Shown: positions 1 to 8,690 of the stretch, piece by piece | How positions within the stretch are numbered: the stretch's first letter is position 1 | How the letters are laid out: each line of letters opens with the position of its first letter | Source: Acidobacteriota bacterium | Lineage (GTDB): Bacteria > Acidobacteriota > UBA890 > WLXD01 | NCBI GenBank assembly: GCA_963666055.2 | Contig: CAXWPH010000006.1 | Span: 128,001 to 192,000, forward strand | Direction: 5' to 3' | DNA length: 64,000 nt | Program-made: the position numbers and the translations under genes | The notes under the pieces: model-generated | The model's database searches: none | Told to the model about the DNA's origin: nothing | What the model saw: only the letters and a program-made list of their open reading frames with translations

Positions 1-1171
1 TTCCGAGTTCGTCTTCGGTTCGCTAGCGCACAGCGATCAAGCGGGTTTCATCCTGGCGTTTCAGGTGCTTCCGGTCGTCGTGTTCATCGCCTCGTTCTTT
101 TCTGTGCTCTACTTCATCGGCTTGATGCAGCGGGTCGTGCTGATCATGGCTCGTGGAATGCACCGCACGATGAAGGTATCCGGGTCAGAGTCGCTGGCGG
201 CGGCGGCCAACGTGTTCATGGGTCAGACGGAGGCTCCGATCATCATTGCCCCCTTCATCCCGTCGATGACAACCTCGGAGCTCATGGCGCTGATGACCGG
301 CGGTTTCGCCACCGTCTCAGGCGCAGTGCTGGCCGCCTACATCGGCCTCGGCGTGCGCGCTGAGTATCTGCTGTCGGCGAGCGTCATGGCGGCCCCGGCT
401 TCGTTGGTCATGGCGAAGCTGCTGTTTCCCGAAACCGAGACATCCAAGACCGGCGGAGCTATCAACATCGACGTCGAGGCGACCGACGCCAACATCCTCG
501 ATGCGGCAGCGCGCGGAGCCAGCCAGGGCGTCACGTTGGCGCTCAACATCGCCGGCATGCTCATCGCCTTCCTCGGGTTGATCGCGCTGGTGAACGGCGC
601 CCTGGGGCTGGCGGGAAGCGCTTTCGCCCACACCGGCGGCGTAGTTCGGCTAAGCGGCGCGATGCTGGGGCTGCTGATCGCATACGTGCTGCTGTGGAAA
701 CCGCCTCGCCAGCATGCGATCCGAGCCAGCGTCGCAGTGGCCGGACTGCTCGTGTTGAGCTGGGCGATCTTCTTCCTCCGCGGTCCTGGAGAGCTACCGC
801 TGCGGCTCGAGAGCCTGCTCGGCATGGTGTTCGCTCCGCTCGCCTGGGTGATGGGTATCCCCTGGGCTGAGGCGAGCTTCGTGGGCGAGTTGTTCGGCAC
901 CAAGCTCGTGCTGACCGAGATCGTTGGCTTTCGGCGCATGGTGGAGATGACCCAGGCTGGCTTGCTATCCCCCAGGTCCGAGCTCATCGCCTCGTATGCG
1001 CTGTGCGGGTTCGCCAACTTTGCCTCCATCGCCATCCAGATCGGTGGCATCGGTGGACTGGCGCCGAGCCGTAAGGCCGAGCTGGCGCGCATCGGACCCT
1101 GGGCGATGCTCGCCGGCACGATGTCGTCGTTCTCCACCGCGACGCTTGCCGGGATGCTATCGGGGCTTTGA
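1..1171 (+). CDS. nupC: NupC/CNT-family Na+/H+:nucleoside cotransporter (5'-truncated at window edge)
   Basis: CNT motifs ANVFMGQTEAP, MTGGFATVSG and YALCGFANFASIAIQIGG; the frame appears open upstream of 65. Confidence 0.93.
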   Translation, partial: SEFVFGSLAHSDQAGFILAFQVLPVVVFIASFFSVLYFIGLMQRVVLIMARGMHRTMKVSGSESLAAAANVFMGQTEAPIIIAPFIPSMTTSELMALMTGGFATVSGAVLAAYIGLGVRAEYLLSASVMAAPASLVMAKLLFPETETSKTGGAINIDVEATDANILDAAARGASQGVTLALNIAGMLIAFLGLIALVNGALGLAGSAFAHTGGVVRLSGAMLGLLIAYVLLWKPPRQHAIRASVAVAGLLVLSWAIFFLRGPGELPLRLESLLGMVFAPLAWVMGIPWAEASFVGELFGTKLVLTEIVGFRRMVEMTQAGLLSPRSELIASYALCGFANFASIAIQIGGIGGLAPSRKAELARIGPWAMLAGTMSSFSTATLAGMLSGL

Positions 1172-1202
1172 TGCGCAACGCAGCGACGGTTGGAGCCGCC
1201 GG

Positions 1203-2072
1203 ATGAGCGGTGACGCACCAGCGGATCTTGTCGGCAGGCTCGACACGGCGCGCGACTCGATCGCAGCGCGAGTGCGTATGCAGCCCCGTATCGGACTCGT
1301 ACTCGGATCGGGCCTCGGCGCCATGGCCGAAACCCTCGATGACGCCGCCGTAATCCCCTACGGCGACATACCGGGCTGGCCGATCTCGACCGTAGCCGGA
1401 CACTCCGGGCGCTTGGTGATCGGAAGGAGCCACGGGGTAACGCTGGCGGTGATGCAAGGACGCGTGCATCTGTACGAAGGATATGCGCCGTGGGAGGTGT
1501 CCTTTCCTACCCGAGTGTTGGCGTTGCTGGGATGCAAGGCGCTGCTGTTGACCAACGCGGCAGGTGCCGTCAATACCGATTTCTCGCCGGGCGACCTGAT
1601 GCTGATCACCGATCACATCAACCTGCAGGGGTCGAACCCCTGCGTCGGCCCAAACCTGCACTCTCTCGGCAAGCGCTTTTTCGATATGAGCCAGATCTAC
1701 GATCCCGAGTACATCGAGGCGGCCCGGATGGCGGCCCTCGGGCGCGGACAGCGCCTACGCGAGGGCGTCTACGCCGCGATGCTCGGACCATCCTTCGAAA
1801 CCCCCGCGGAGATTCGAATGCTGCGCGCCCTGGGCGCCGACGCCGTCGGCATGTCGACGGTGCCCGAAGTCATCGCCGCCGCCCACGCCGGGCTCAAGGT
1901 AGCCGGACTCTCATGCATCACCAACATGGCGGCCGGAATCCTCGACCAGCCACTCAACCACACCGAAGTGATGGAGGTCGCCGAGCGCGTGCGCAATGAC
2001 TTCATTGGCTTGCTGCGCAGCATTATTCACGGAATCGCCGAGCTCGAGAACTGGACCGACGCCGATGGATGA
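1203..2072 (+). CDS. punA: purine nucleoside phosphorylase (trimeric, PunA/XapA type)
   Basis: IGLVLGSGLG, QGRVHLYEG, GPSFETPAE, VGMSTVPE, SCITNMAAG; ATG 1203 chosen as start. Confidence 0.95.
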   Translation: MSGDAPADLVGRLDTARDSIAARVRMQPRIGLVLGSGLGAMAETLDDAAVIPYGDIPGWPISTVAGHSGRLVIGRSHGVTLAVMQGRVHLYEGYAPWEVSFPTRVLALLGCKALLLTNAAGAVNTDFSPGDLMLITDHINLQGSNPCVGPNLHSLGKRFFDMSQIYDPEYIEAARMAALGRGQRLREGVYAAMLGPSFETPAEIRMLRALGADAVGMSTVPEVIAAAHAGLKVAGLSCITNMAAGILDQPLNHTEVMEVAERVRNDFIGLLRSIIHGIAELENWTDADG

Positions 2073-2550
2073 AGCCGACAACACCAACTCACGGCCGCCG
2101 CTGGTGCCGATCGCGGATCTGGAGCCCGATCAACGCAAGCTCGTCGAGGCGGCCATCCGAGCCCGATCGCGCGCCCACGCACCCTACTCGCAGTTCAAGG
2201 TGGGGGCCGCCGTCCTGGACGCCGAGCTTCGGCAGCATCGCGGCTGCAACGTCGAGATCTCGTCGTACGGGCTGACGCTGTGCGCCGAGCGCGTGGCGTT
2301 GTTCGCGGCTCGCGCCGCCGGCAGCGCCCCAGTAACCGCCCTCGCGGTGGTCGGGCCGGGGCGCGGGTCGCAGCCGACACCCCCTTGTGGGGCCTGCCGA
2401 CAGGTTATCTGGGATCTCGCCGGCGACATTCCTGTGCTCATGGCAACCCTCGACGGCCACGTCGAGATCTGGCGTGCCTCGGAGCTCTTACCGGCGGCTT
2501 TCGGACCCGACCATCTGGATTGCTCGCCCGTACCAGCGGACAAGCCATGA
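2065..2550 (+). CDS. cdd: cytidine deaminase (homotetrameric type)
   Basis: APYSQFKVGAA, CAERVA and PCGACRQ zinc motifs. Confidence 0.93.
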   Translation: MDEADNTNSRPPLVPIADLEPDQRKLVEAAIRARSRAHAPYSQFKVGAAVLDAELRQHRGCNVEISSYGLTLCAERVALFAARAAGSAPVTALAVVGPGRGSQPTPPCGACRQVIWDLAGDIPVLMATLDGHVEIWRASELLPAAFGPDHLDCSPVPADKP

Positions 2551-3983
2551 GCGCCCGCCTCGCGACGCTGCGCTCAGTCGTCGCGTTGGCGGCGATCAGC
2601 GCGACTGGATGCGCCGGTCCCGGCAATACTCCGGCAACCGGAGAGGGGCGCACCGCGGCCGACCTGCTCGTGCTGGGGGGCACCTTCGTGACCATGGACC
2701 CCGACCGTACGGTCATTGCCGACGGCGGCATCGCGGTAGTCGACGGTGCCATCGCGGCGATCGGTACGGCGGCCGAGATCGAAGCAGCCTGGGATGCCGA
2801 CGAGGTGATCGCCGCGGGCCAGCGCGACATGGTCATTCCCGGGCTCATCAACGGCCATGGTCACGCCGCCATGGTGCTGCTACGCGGTATCGCCGACGAC
2901 CTGGCGTTGATGGACTGGCTGGAGAACTACATCTTTCCAGCCGAGGCGGCGACGGTGACCGCCGAGTTCGTGCGCGTCGGCACGCAGCTGGCGGCGTTGG
3001 AGATGATTCGCACCGGAACGACAACGTTCGTCGACATGTACTACTTCGAGGACGAGGTCGCCAAGGTCGTCGACGAGTCCGGTATGCGAGCGATCGTCGG
3101 CGAGACGGTGCTCGAATTCCCGGTGCCCGACGCGGCCTCGGCGAACGAGGCCCTCGCCCATACACGCGCGCTGATCAACAAGTGGAAGGACCACCCGAGG
3201 GTCACCGCCACCGCCGCGCCGCATGCGCCGTACACGCTCCAGCCCGAGACGCTGCAGCGCACGGTGGCGCTGACACGCGAGCACGGGGTCCCGGTGCTGA
3301 TCCACCTGGCAGAGACCAGCGACGAAGTGCGCCAGATTGGCGAGCGCTACGACCGCACCCCGACTGAGCATCTCGAAGCTATCGGGTTTCTTGGCCCCGA
3401 TGTGATCGCGGCGCACGCCGTATGGCTCGATGACACCGACATCGAGATCCTGGCGCGTCACGGGGTGGGCGTCATCCACAACCCCGAGAGCAACATGAAG
3501 CTCGCCTCCGGCACCATGCGCGTGGAGGATCTGCTGCGTGCCGGGGTGGCGGTAGGGATCGGCACCGACGGGGCCGCTTCGAATAACGACCTCGACATGT
3601 TCGGTGCCACGTTCCTGGCACCGCTGCTACAGAAGCACATGCGCAATGACCCCACCGCCCTGCCGGCGACCGAGGCGTTGGCGATGGCGACGATCTCGGG
3701 GGCACGCGCTCTCGGGCTTGAGGCAGAGATCGGCTCGCTGGAGATCGGCAAACGCGCCGACCTGGCTATCGTCTCGGGTAACCTGCCTAACCTGGTGCCG
3801 CGCTACGACCCCTATTCGCACCTGGTCTATGCCACCCGGGGGAGCAACGTACGCGTCACCATCGTCGACGGCCGAGTTTTGTACAAGGACGGTGTCTTCT
3901 CGACCATCGACCACGACGCGGTCCTGGCGGCCGCCTGGGTGCTACGCGATCAGATCGAGGCCGCGGTCGCAGACGCCCGATAG
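2547..3983 (+). CDS. MtaD/SAH-MTA deaminase-like amidohydrolase with predicted lipoprotein signal
   Basis: PGLINGHGH, HLAE, HNPESNMKLASG, GTDGAASNN; N-terminus MSARLATLRSVVALAAISATG-C. Confidence 0.85.
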   Translation: MSARLATLRSVVALAAISATGCAGPGNTPATGEGRTAADLLVLGGTFVTMDPDRTVIADGGIAVVDGAIAAIGTAAEIEAAWDADEVIAAGQRDMVIPGLINGHGHAAMVLLRGIADDLALMDWLENYIFPAEAATVTAEFVRVGTQLAALEMIRTGTTTFVDMYYFEDEVAKVVDESGMRAIVGETVLEFPVPDAASANEALAHTRALINKWKDHPRVTATAAPHAPYTLQPETLQRTVALTREHGVPVLIHLAETSDEVRQIGERYDRTPTEHLEAIGFLGPDVIAAHAVWLDDTDIEILARHGVGVIHNPESNMKLASGTMRVEDLLRAGVAVGIGTDGAASNNDLDMFGATFLAPLLQKHMRNDPTALPATEALAMATISGARALGLEAEIGSLEIGKRADLAIVSGNLPNLVPRYDPYSHLVYATRGSNVRVTIVDGRVLYKDGVFSTIDHDAVLAAAWVLRDQIEAAVADAR

Positions 3984-4019
3984 CGGGCAACACCAACCGC
4001 CAAGACAACACCCCGTCCG

Positions 4020-4057
4020 AACCGGCGGGTAGTGGCTTGAGCCACTACCAACCGGCG
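4020..4057. repeat. 22-bp hairpin (perfect 9-bp stem) flanked by an 8-bp direct repeat (possible mini-element footprint or terminator)
   Basis: AACCGGCG-GGTAGTGGC-TTGA-GCCACTACC-AACCGGCG. Confidence 0.7.
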
Positions 4058-4064
4058 CTTTGCC

Positions 4065-4092
4065 TTGACACCGGAGCGTACGCGCATAGCAT
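4065..4092 (+). promoter_or_regulatory. sigma70-type promoter for the TonB-dependent receptor
   Basis: TTGACA-N16-TAGCAT, about 205 nt upstream of the GTG start. Confidence 0.6.
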
Positions 4093-4297
4093 GAGACGCT
4101 GACGGGTAGGGGCTATCCCGTCGTAATGTGAAGGAATCCTTTCCCCGGGAACGCAAGCTTGTGGGTTCCAGGTCACGGGCTTCGAACAATGGTTTCGAGA
4201 GTGGTTTCGAGGGTCAGCGAAGGGCCGACTCGCGCGGGGGTAAGCATGATCAGGTGGACGCTTAGGCGTTCGCCGCTCTTCCGACTGGGAGGCAGAT

Positions 4298-7126
4298 GTG
4301 AGGCCAGCGCGTTCTGTGCTGATCTTCGCCTTGGCAACTCTTCTGGCAGTGTCGTTTACGTCCAGCGCATGGGCGCAAACACAGGCAACGTCAGGAAACC
4401 TCCAGGGCGTCGTAACCGACCCTGACGGCAACCCGCTTCCGGGCGTCAGCATCACGGTCACCGGGCAGGACACGGGCCGTGTTCGCTCCACCGTAACCTC
4501 GACGACGGGGAACTACCGCGTGCCGCTCCTGCCGACGGGGCTGTATTCCGTCAGAGCCGAGCTGACCGGGTTCCAGTCGATCGAGCGAACCAATATCCGC
4601 ATCCGCCTGGGCGGAGCGCAGGAAGTCGGCATCCAGATGTCGCTGGCGTCGATACAGGAGGTACTGATCGTCACCGGTCAGGCGCCTGTGATCGAGACCT
4701 CGAAGACACAGGTATCCACCAGCATCGATGAGATCGCTATCGACTCGCTGCCGATTCTGGGCCGCAACTTCACCGACTTCACCCTGTTGACACCCGGCGC
4801 CCAAATCGAGTCATCGCGCAACACGATTTCGCTCTCCGGCCAACGTGGTGTGAACACCTCTGTGAACATCGACGGCGCCTCCGACAACAGCGCGTTCTTC
4901 GGCTACCAGCGCGGCGGCACCGACTCGCCGTTCACGGTGAGCCAGGAGTCGGTACAGGAGTTCCAGGTGATTACCTCCGGCATCATGCCGGAATTCGGCC
5001 GCTCCGGCGGTGGCCTGGTAAACGTGGTCACCAAGTCGGGCACCAACCAGTGGCGCGGCGGCGCGCACCTGTTCTGGCGCGATGAGTCGCTCACCGCCAA
5101 CGACCCGTTCGATCGCGAGCAGGCCGAGTTCTCGGTAAAGCAGTTCGGCGGCAACATCGGTGGCCCGCTACAGCGCAACGAGCACTTCATCTTCGCCTCG
5201 GTGGACTTCCAGAACTTCAGCACCCCGTACTTCGTCGACTACGATATCTCCGACGCGGAGTTCGCGCAGCTGCAGGCCTACGTAAGCCAGTTTCGTCCCA
5301 ACTGGGACATCTCGCAGTCGCAGTTCAGCCGTACCAACGACGTCGTGGTGCCGTTCCTGAAGACCGACTTCACGATCAGCGACAACACCCAGCTGACGTT
5401 GCGACTGAACTACTCGAAGCACGAGACGATTGGTGGCGGTACCGACACCAACCTGCAGGGCACGACGACGGCGTCGAACTCGAGCCTGGGTGACCAGAAG
5501 GAGAAGACCCTGTCGGCGATCGCCCAAATCACCTCGGTGCTTGGCGACCGGGCCTTCAACGAGTTCCGCGTACAGTACGCATACGACGATCTCGACCGGC
5601 TGTCGAACGATCTGGATGGTCCGGACACGGACATCCGCAGCCCGTTTGTGCAGCTGGGTCGCCGGTTCTTCATGCCGATCTTTGTCGACGAGAAGAAGTT
5701 CCAGGTACAGGACAACTTCTCGTACCTGTTCGACACCCACGACATCAAGGCCGGCTTCGATTACGAGACCGACAAGACGGGTGAGTTCTTCGCCGGTTTC
5801 CCGCAAGGTGAGTTCCGCTTCAGCGGCCTGGATGCATTCATGGCCAACGAGCCGGACTTCATGTTGCAGAGCTTCGGCGTAGCAACGGAGAACTTCGCCA
5901 ACAACTTCGACGTTCGCCAATCGATCCTCGCGTTCTACGTGCAGGACTCCTGGCGGGCCAGCAACACGGTGACGGTCAACTACGGCCTGCGCTGGGAAGG
6001 GACGATGAACCCGACCCCGCCTGGCAACGCAGCGTTCCCGGGCACTCTGTCGATTCCCGACGACATGAAAGGCTGGCAGCCTCGCGCCGGCATCGCCTAT
6101 GCTCCGGACCCGAAGATGGTCTTCCGCGCTTCGGCCGGGCGATTCGTCTCACGCACCCCGACCCTGCTGTTCTTCAACCCGTTCACCTCGATCGGCACGC
6201 CGGGTGTGGGGATCTTCTTCATCCCGGGCTTCGGCGGCGAGCTCGATGGGCTGTGGCCGAACGGTTTCGACGGCCTGCCCGAGGGGATCACGGCCGACCA
6301 GGAGGTCTACTGGTTCGACGACAACTTCGTCAACCCCCGCACCTGGCGCTTCAACGTCGGGGCCGAGCGTGAGGTGATCGACAACCTGTCGCTCGGGGTG
6401 TCGATCGTCCATGCTCGATCCGACACGCTACAGACGTTGTGGGACATGAACTTCACCGGCGGCAACCGCGACGCCGATGGCCGCTTTATCTACGACGGAC
6501 GCATCGTCGATGGACAAGAGTGGCACATCAGTCAATCGAACGGCCGCTCCCGTTACACTGCCGGGATCTTCGAGTTCAAGAAGCGCTTCAGCAATGGCTG
6601 GGGCGCCTTCGGCTCGTATACGGCCGGCTGGGACCGGGACGACGACTCCAACGAGCGATCCGCCGGTGGCACACAGACCAGCAACATTTTCAACCCGGCC
6701 GACGACTACGGGTTCTCGGATCGGTCGATTCGCCACCGGATCGTCGTAAGCGCCTTCGGTGACTTGCCGGCCGGCCTCAAACTGGCGGGCACGTTCGTCT
6801 GGCGCACGGGCACTCCCTACAGCGCTGTGGCGACGAGCGACCTCAACGGCGACGGCGAGGACGACAACGATCTCGCCTTGGTTGACGGCACGATCTCAGA
6901 ACGTAACGCGTTCCGTCAGCCGAACTTCAAGAACGTCGACATCCGGTTGACCAAGGAGTTCACTACTGGGGTTGGTCGCTTCCAAGCCTTCCTCGAGGTG
7001 TTCAACCTCTTGAACTCCGAGAACCTGTTCACCAGCCGGACGGATTTCAACTCCCGTTTCGGCGACCTGAACACGTTCATCGGCAACGTCCGCCAGTTGC
7101 AGCTCGGCTTCAAGTACGTTTACTAG
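4298..7126 (+). CDS. Oar-type TonB-dependent outer-membrane receptor with N-terminal carboxypeptidase-regulatory-like domain
   Basis: signal peptide; GVVTDPDGNPLPGV; LPILGRNFTDFTLLTPG; EFGRSGGGLVNVVTKSGTN plug motif; C-terminal RQLQLGFKYVY; SD GGGAGG. Confidence 0.93.
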   Translation: MRPARSVLIFALATLLAVSFTSSAWAQTQATSGNLQGVVTDPDGNPLPGVSITVTGQDTGRVRSTVTSTTGNYRVPLLPTGLYSVRAELTGFQSIERTNIRIRLGGAQEVGIQMSLASIQEVLIVTGQAPVIETSKTQVSTSIDEIAIDSLPILGRNFTDFTLLTPGAQIESSRNTISLSGQRGVNTSVNIDGASDNSAFFGYQRGGTDSPFTVSQESVQEFQVITSGIMPEFGRSGGGLVNVVTKSGTNQWRGGAHLFWRDESLTANDPFDREQAEFSVKQFGGNIGGPLQRNEHFIFASVDFQNFSTPYFVDYDISDAEFAQLQAYVSQFRPNWDISQSQFSRTNDVVVPFLKTDFTISDNTQLTLRLNYSKHETIGGGTDTNLQGTTTASNSSLGDQKEKTLSAIAQITSVLGDRAFNEFRVQYAYDDLDRLSNDLDGPDTDIRSPFVQLGRRFFMPIFVDEKKFQVQDNFSYLFDTHDIKAGFDYETDKTGEFFAGFPQGEFRFSGLDAFMANEPDFMLQSFGVATENFANNFDVRQSILAFYVQDSWRASNTVTVNYGLRWEGTMNPTPPGNAAFPGTLSIPDDMKGWQPRAGIAYAPDPKMVFRASAGRFVSRTPTLLFFNPFTSIGTPGVGIFFIPGFGGELDGLWPNGFDGLPEGITADQEVYWFDDNFVNPRTWRFNVGAEREVIDNLSLGVSIVHARSDTLQTLWDMNFTGGNRDADGRFIYDGRIVDGQEWHISQSNGRSRYTAGIFEFKKRFSNGWGAFGSYTAGWDRDDDSNERSAGGTQTSNIFNPADDYGFSDRSIRHRIVVSAFGDLPAGLKLAGTFVWRTGTPYSAVATSDLNGDGEDDNDLALVDGTISERNAFRQPNFKNVDIRLTKEFTTGVGRFQAFLEVFNLLNSENLFTSRTDFNSRFGDLNTFIGNVRQLQLGFKYVY

Positions 7127-7151
7127 AGCCGACCTGAACAGCAACTCGCGA

Positions 7152-7180
7152 GGGCCCCTCCCCACCACGGGGAGGGGCCC
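7152..7180 (+). terminator. GC-rich stem-loop after the TonB receptor
   Basis: perfect 12-bp stem GGGCCCCTCCCC/GGGGAGGGGCCC with a 5-nt loop; weak T tail. Confidence 0.65.
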
Positions 7181-7232
7181 CCGTGCTTTAGTAGGTATCC
7201 ACGAGACCGCTCTCGCCCAGCGGAACCCAGGC

Positions 7233-8690
7233 ATGGTCCGTCCACTCCGGCCCGCAACTCTGCTGACACTCGTCGTCTTGACCGCCGTTGCCACTGCCCG
7301 CGGAGCGACGCAGAGCGTCGAGACCACCGTGGAGGAAATCCGCGCCGCGCTCGATGCCGGTCAGGTCGTCGCGGCGATCGAGGCAGCAGAGGAGGCTACG
7401 AGCCGCTATCCCGAGTCGTCTCGAGTCGCGGTCTGGGTGGGGCACACCTATCGCCGCGCTGGCGATCTGGCCGCCGCCGCCAGCGCCTATGCGCGTGCGG
7501 ACGCATTGTCGCCCGATGACCCGGAGGTCGCAATGGGTCGCGGGGCGATGTACGAGACGGTGGGAGACCTGGCGGCGGCGATCGCCGCCTACGATCGCGC
7601 CATCGAGCTGGTGCACGAAAGCACTGCTCCATGGAGAGCAGCCGGCTCGGTGCACATGCGGCTTGGGAACCACACGCGGGCGGCGGAGTACTTTCGCGGC
7701 TTCCTCGAGCGCCAAGCCGATGATCTCGAGGTTCGCTACCTGCTCGGTGTGGCGTTGTATTTGACGGGCGACTATGACGCGGCCCTCGAGGTGTTGGAAG
7801 CGGGCCTGCAGCAGGAACCGGGCAACGTGCCTGCCGGATACGCACTTGGAGTGATCCTGGCCGATCGACCGCCGGACCACGGTCGCGCGCTTGAGCTGTT
7901 GCAACGGGCCGCAGCGACAGGCTTCGAGGAGACCGAGGCTAGCTACCTGGTCGGCAGGATCTTCTCGGACGGTGGTGACTTCGAGAACTCCATTGTGCAC
8001 CTTCGCCGAGCGCTCGAGCTTCAGCCACACCACCTCGAGGCCACCTATCGATTGGCTCAGACACTGTCGCGGACTGGCGCAACGGACGAAGGCCAGCGGT
8101 TGATGGAGCGCTTCCGCGAGCTACAGCAAGAGTTCAACACGCGAGAGGCAAGCGACAAGGAGCTCAAGACGCTGAGTAATGCGCTGGTTGCCGCCACCCG
8201 CGATGGCGACCGAGAGGCGATCGATGGTGTGCTCGCAGCCATGCTCGCGGCGGCCCCTGACGACCCGGAGGTGCTGCTGAGGGCTGCCAAGATTTGGTTG
8301 TCATCGAACAACACAACCGCTGCGATCAACGCCGCAACTGCCGCCGCGCAGATCGATCCCGACAACTGGGAGGCACTCTACCTGCAGGGCTTGAGCCTTG
8401 AGCGCGCCGGACGCGTCGCAGAGGCAGCGCAAGCGCTGCGGGCTTCGTTGGTCAAGAACCCGCTGTTCGCGGATACCTATGCGGTACTGGGCAACACACT
8501 GCTTGCGGCCGGGCAAACGAAGGCCGCGGTGAGCGCCTACCTTGCGGCAGTCGACCTCGATGCGGACAATCCCGTGTACTGGATCAATCTCGCAACCACG
8601 TATCAGGACCTCGAGCAGACGGACCTCGCCGAGCGGGCGATGCAGGAATATCGCCGGACGAGCAGCCGCCGAAGCAGCGAATGGCGATGA
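7233..8690 (+). CDS. exported tetratricopeptide-repeat protein
   Basis: signal peptide; many 34-aa TPR-like repeats (GDLAAAIAAYDRAIEL, YLLGVALYLTGDYDAA). Confidence 0.88.
   Translation: MVRPLRPATLLTLVVLTAVATARGATQSVETTVEEIRAALDAGQVVAAIEAAEEATSRYPESSRVAVWVGHTYRRAGDLAAAASAYARADALSPDDPEVAMGRGAMYETVGDLAAAIAAYDRAIELVHESTAPWRAAGSVHMRLGNHTRAAEYFRGFLERQADDLEVRYLLGVALYLTGDYDAALEVLEAGLQQEPGNVPAGYALGVILADRPPDHGRALELLQRAAATGFEETEASYLVGRIFSDGGDFENSIVHLRRALELQPHHLEATYRLAQTLSRTGATDEGQRLMERFRELQQEFNTREASDKELKTLSNALVAATRDGDREAIDGVLAAMLAAAPDDPEVLLRAAKIWLSSNNTTAAINAATAAAQIDPDNWEALYLQGLSLERAGRVAEAAQALRASLVKNPLFADTYAVLGNTLLAAGQTKAAVSAYLAAVDLDADNPVYWINLATTYQDLEQTDLAERAMQEYRRTSSRRSSEWR

Noticed and set aside
4093-4297. 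Cobalamin riboswitch before the TonB receptor
   Set aside because: B12-box and other conserved elements are not recognisable
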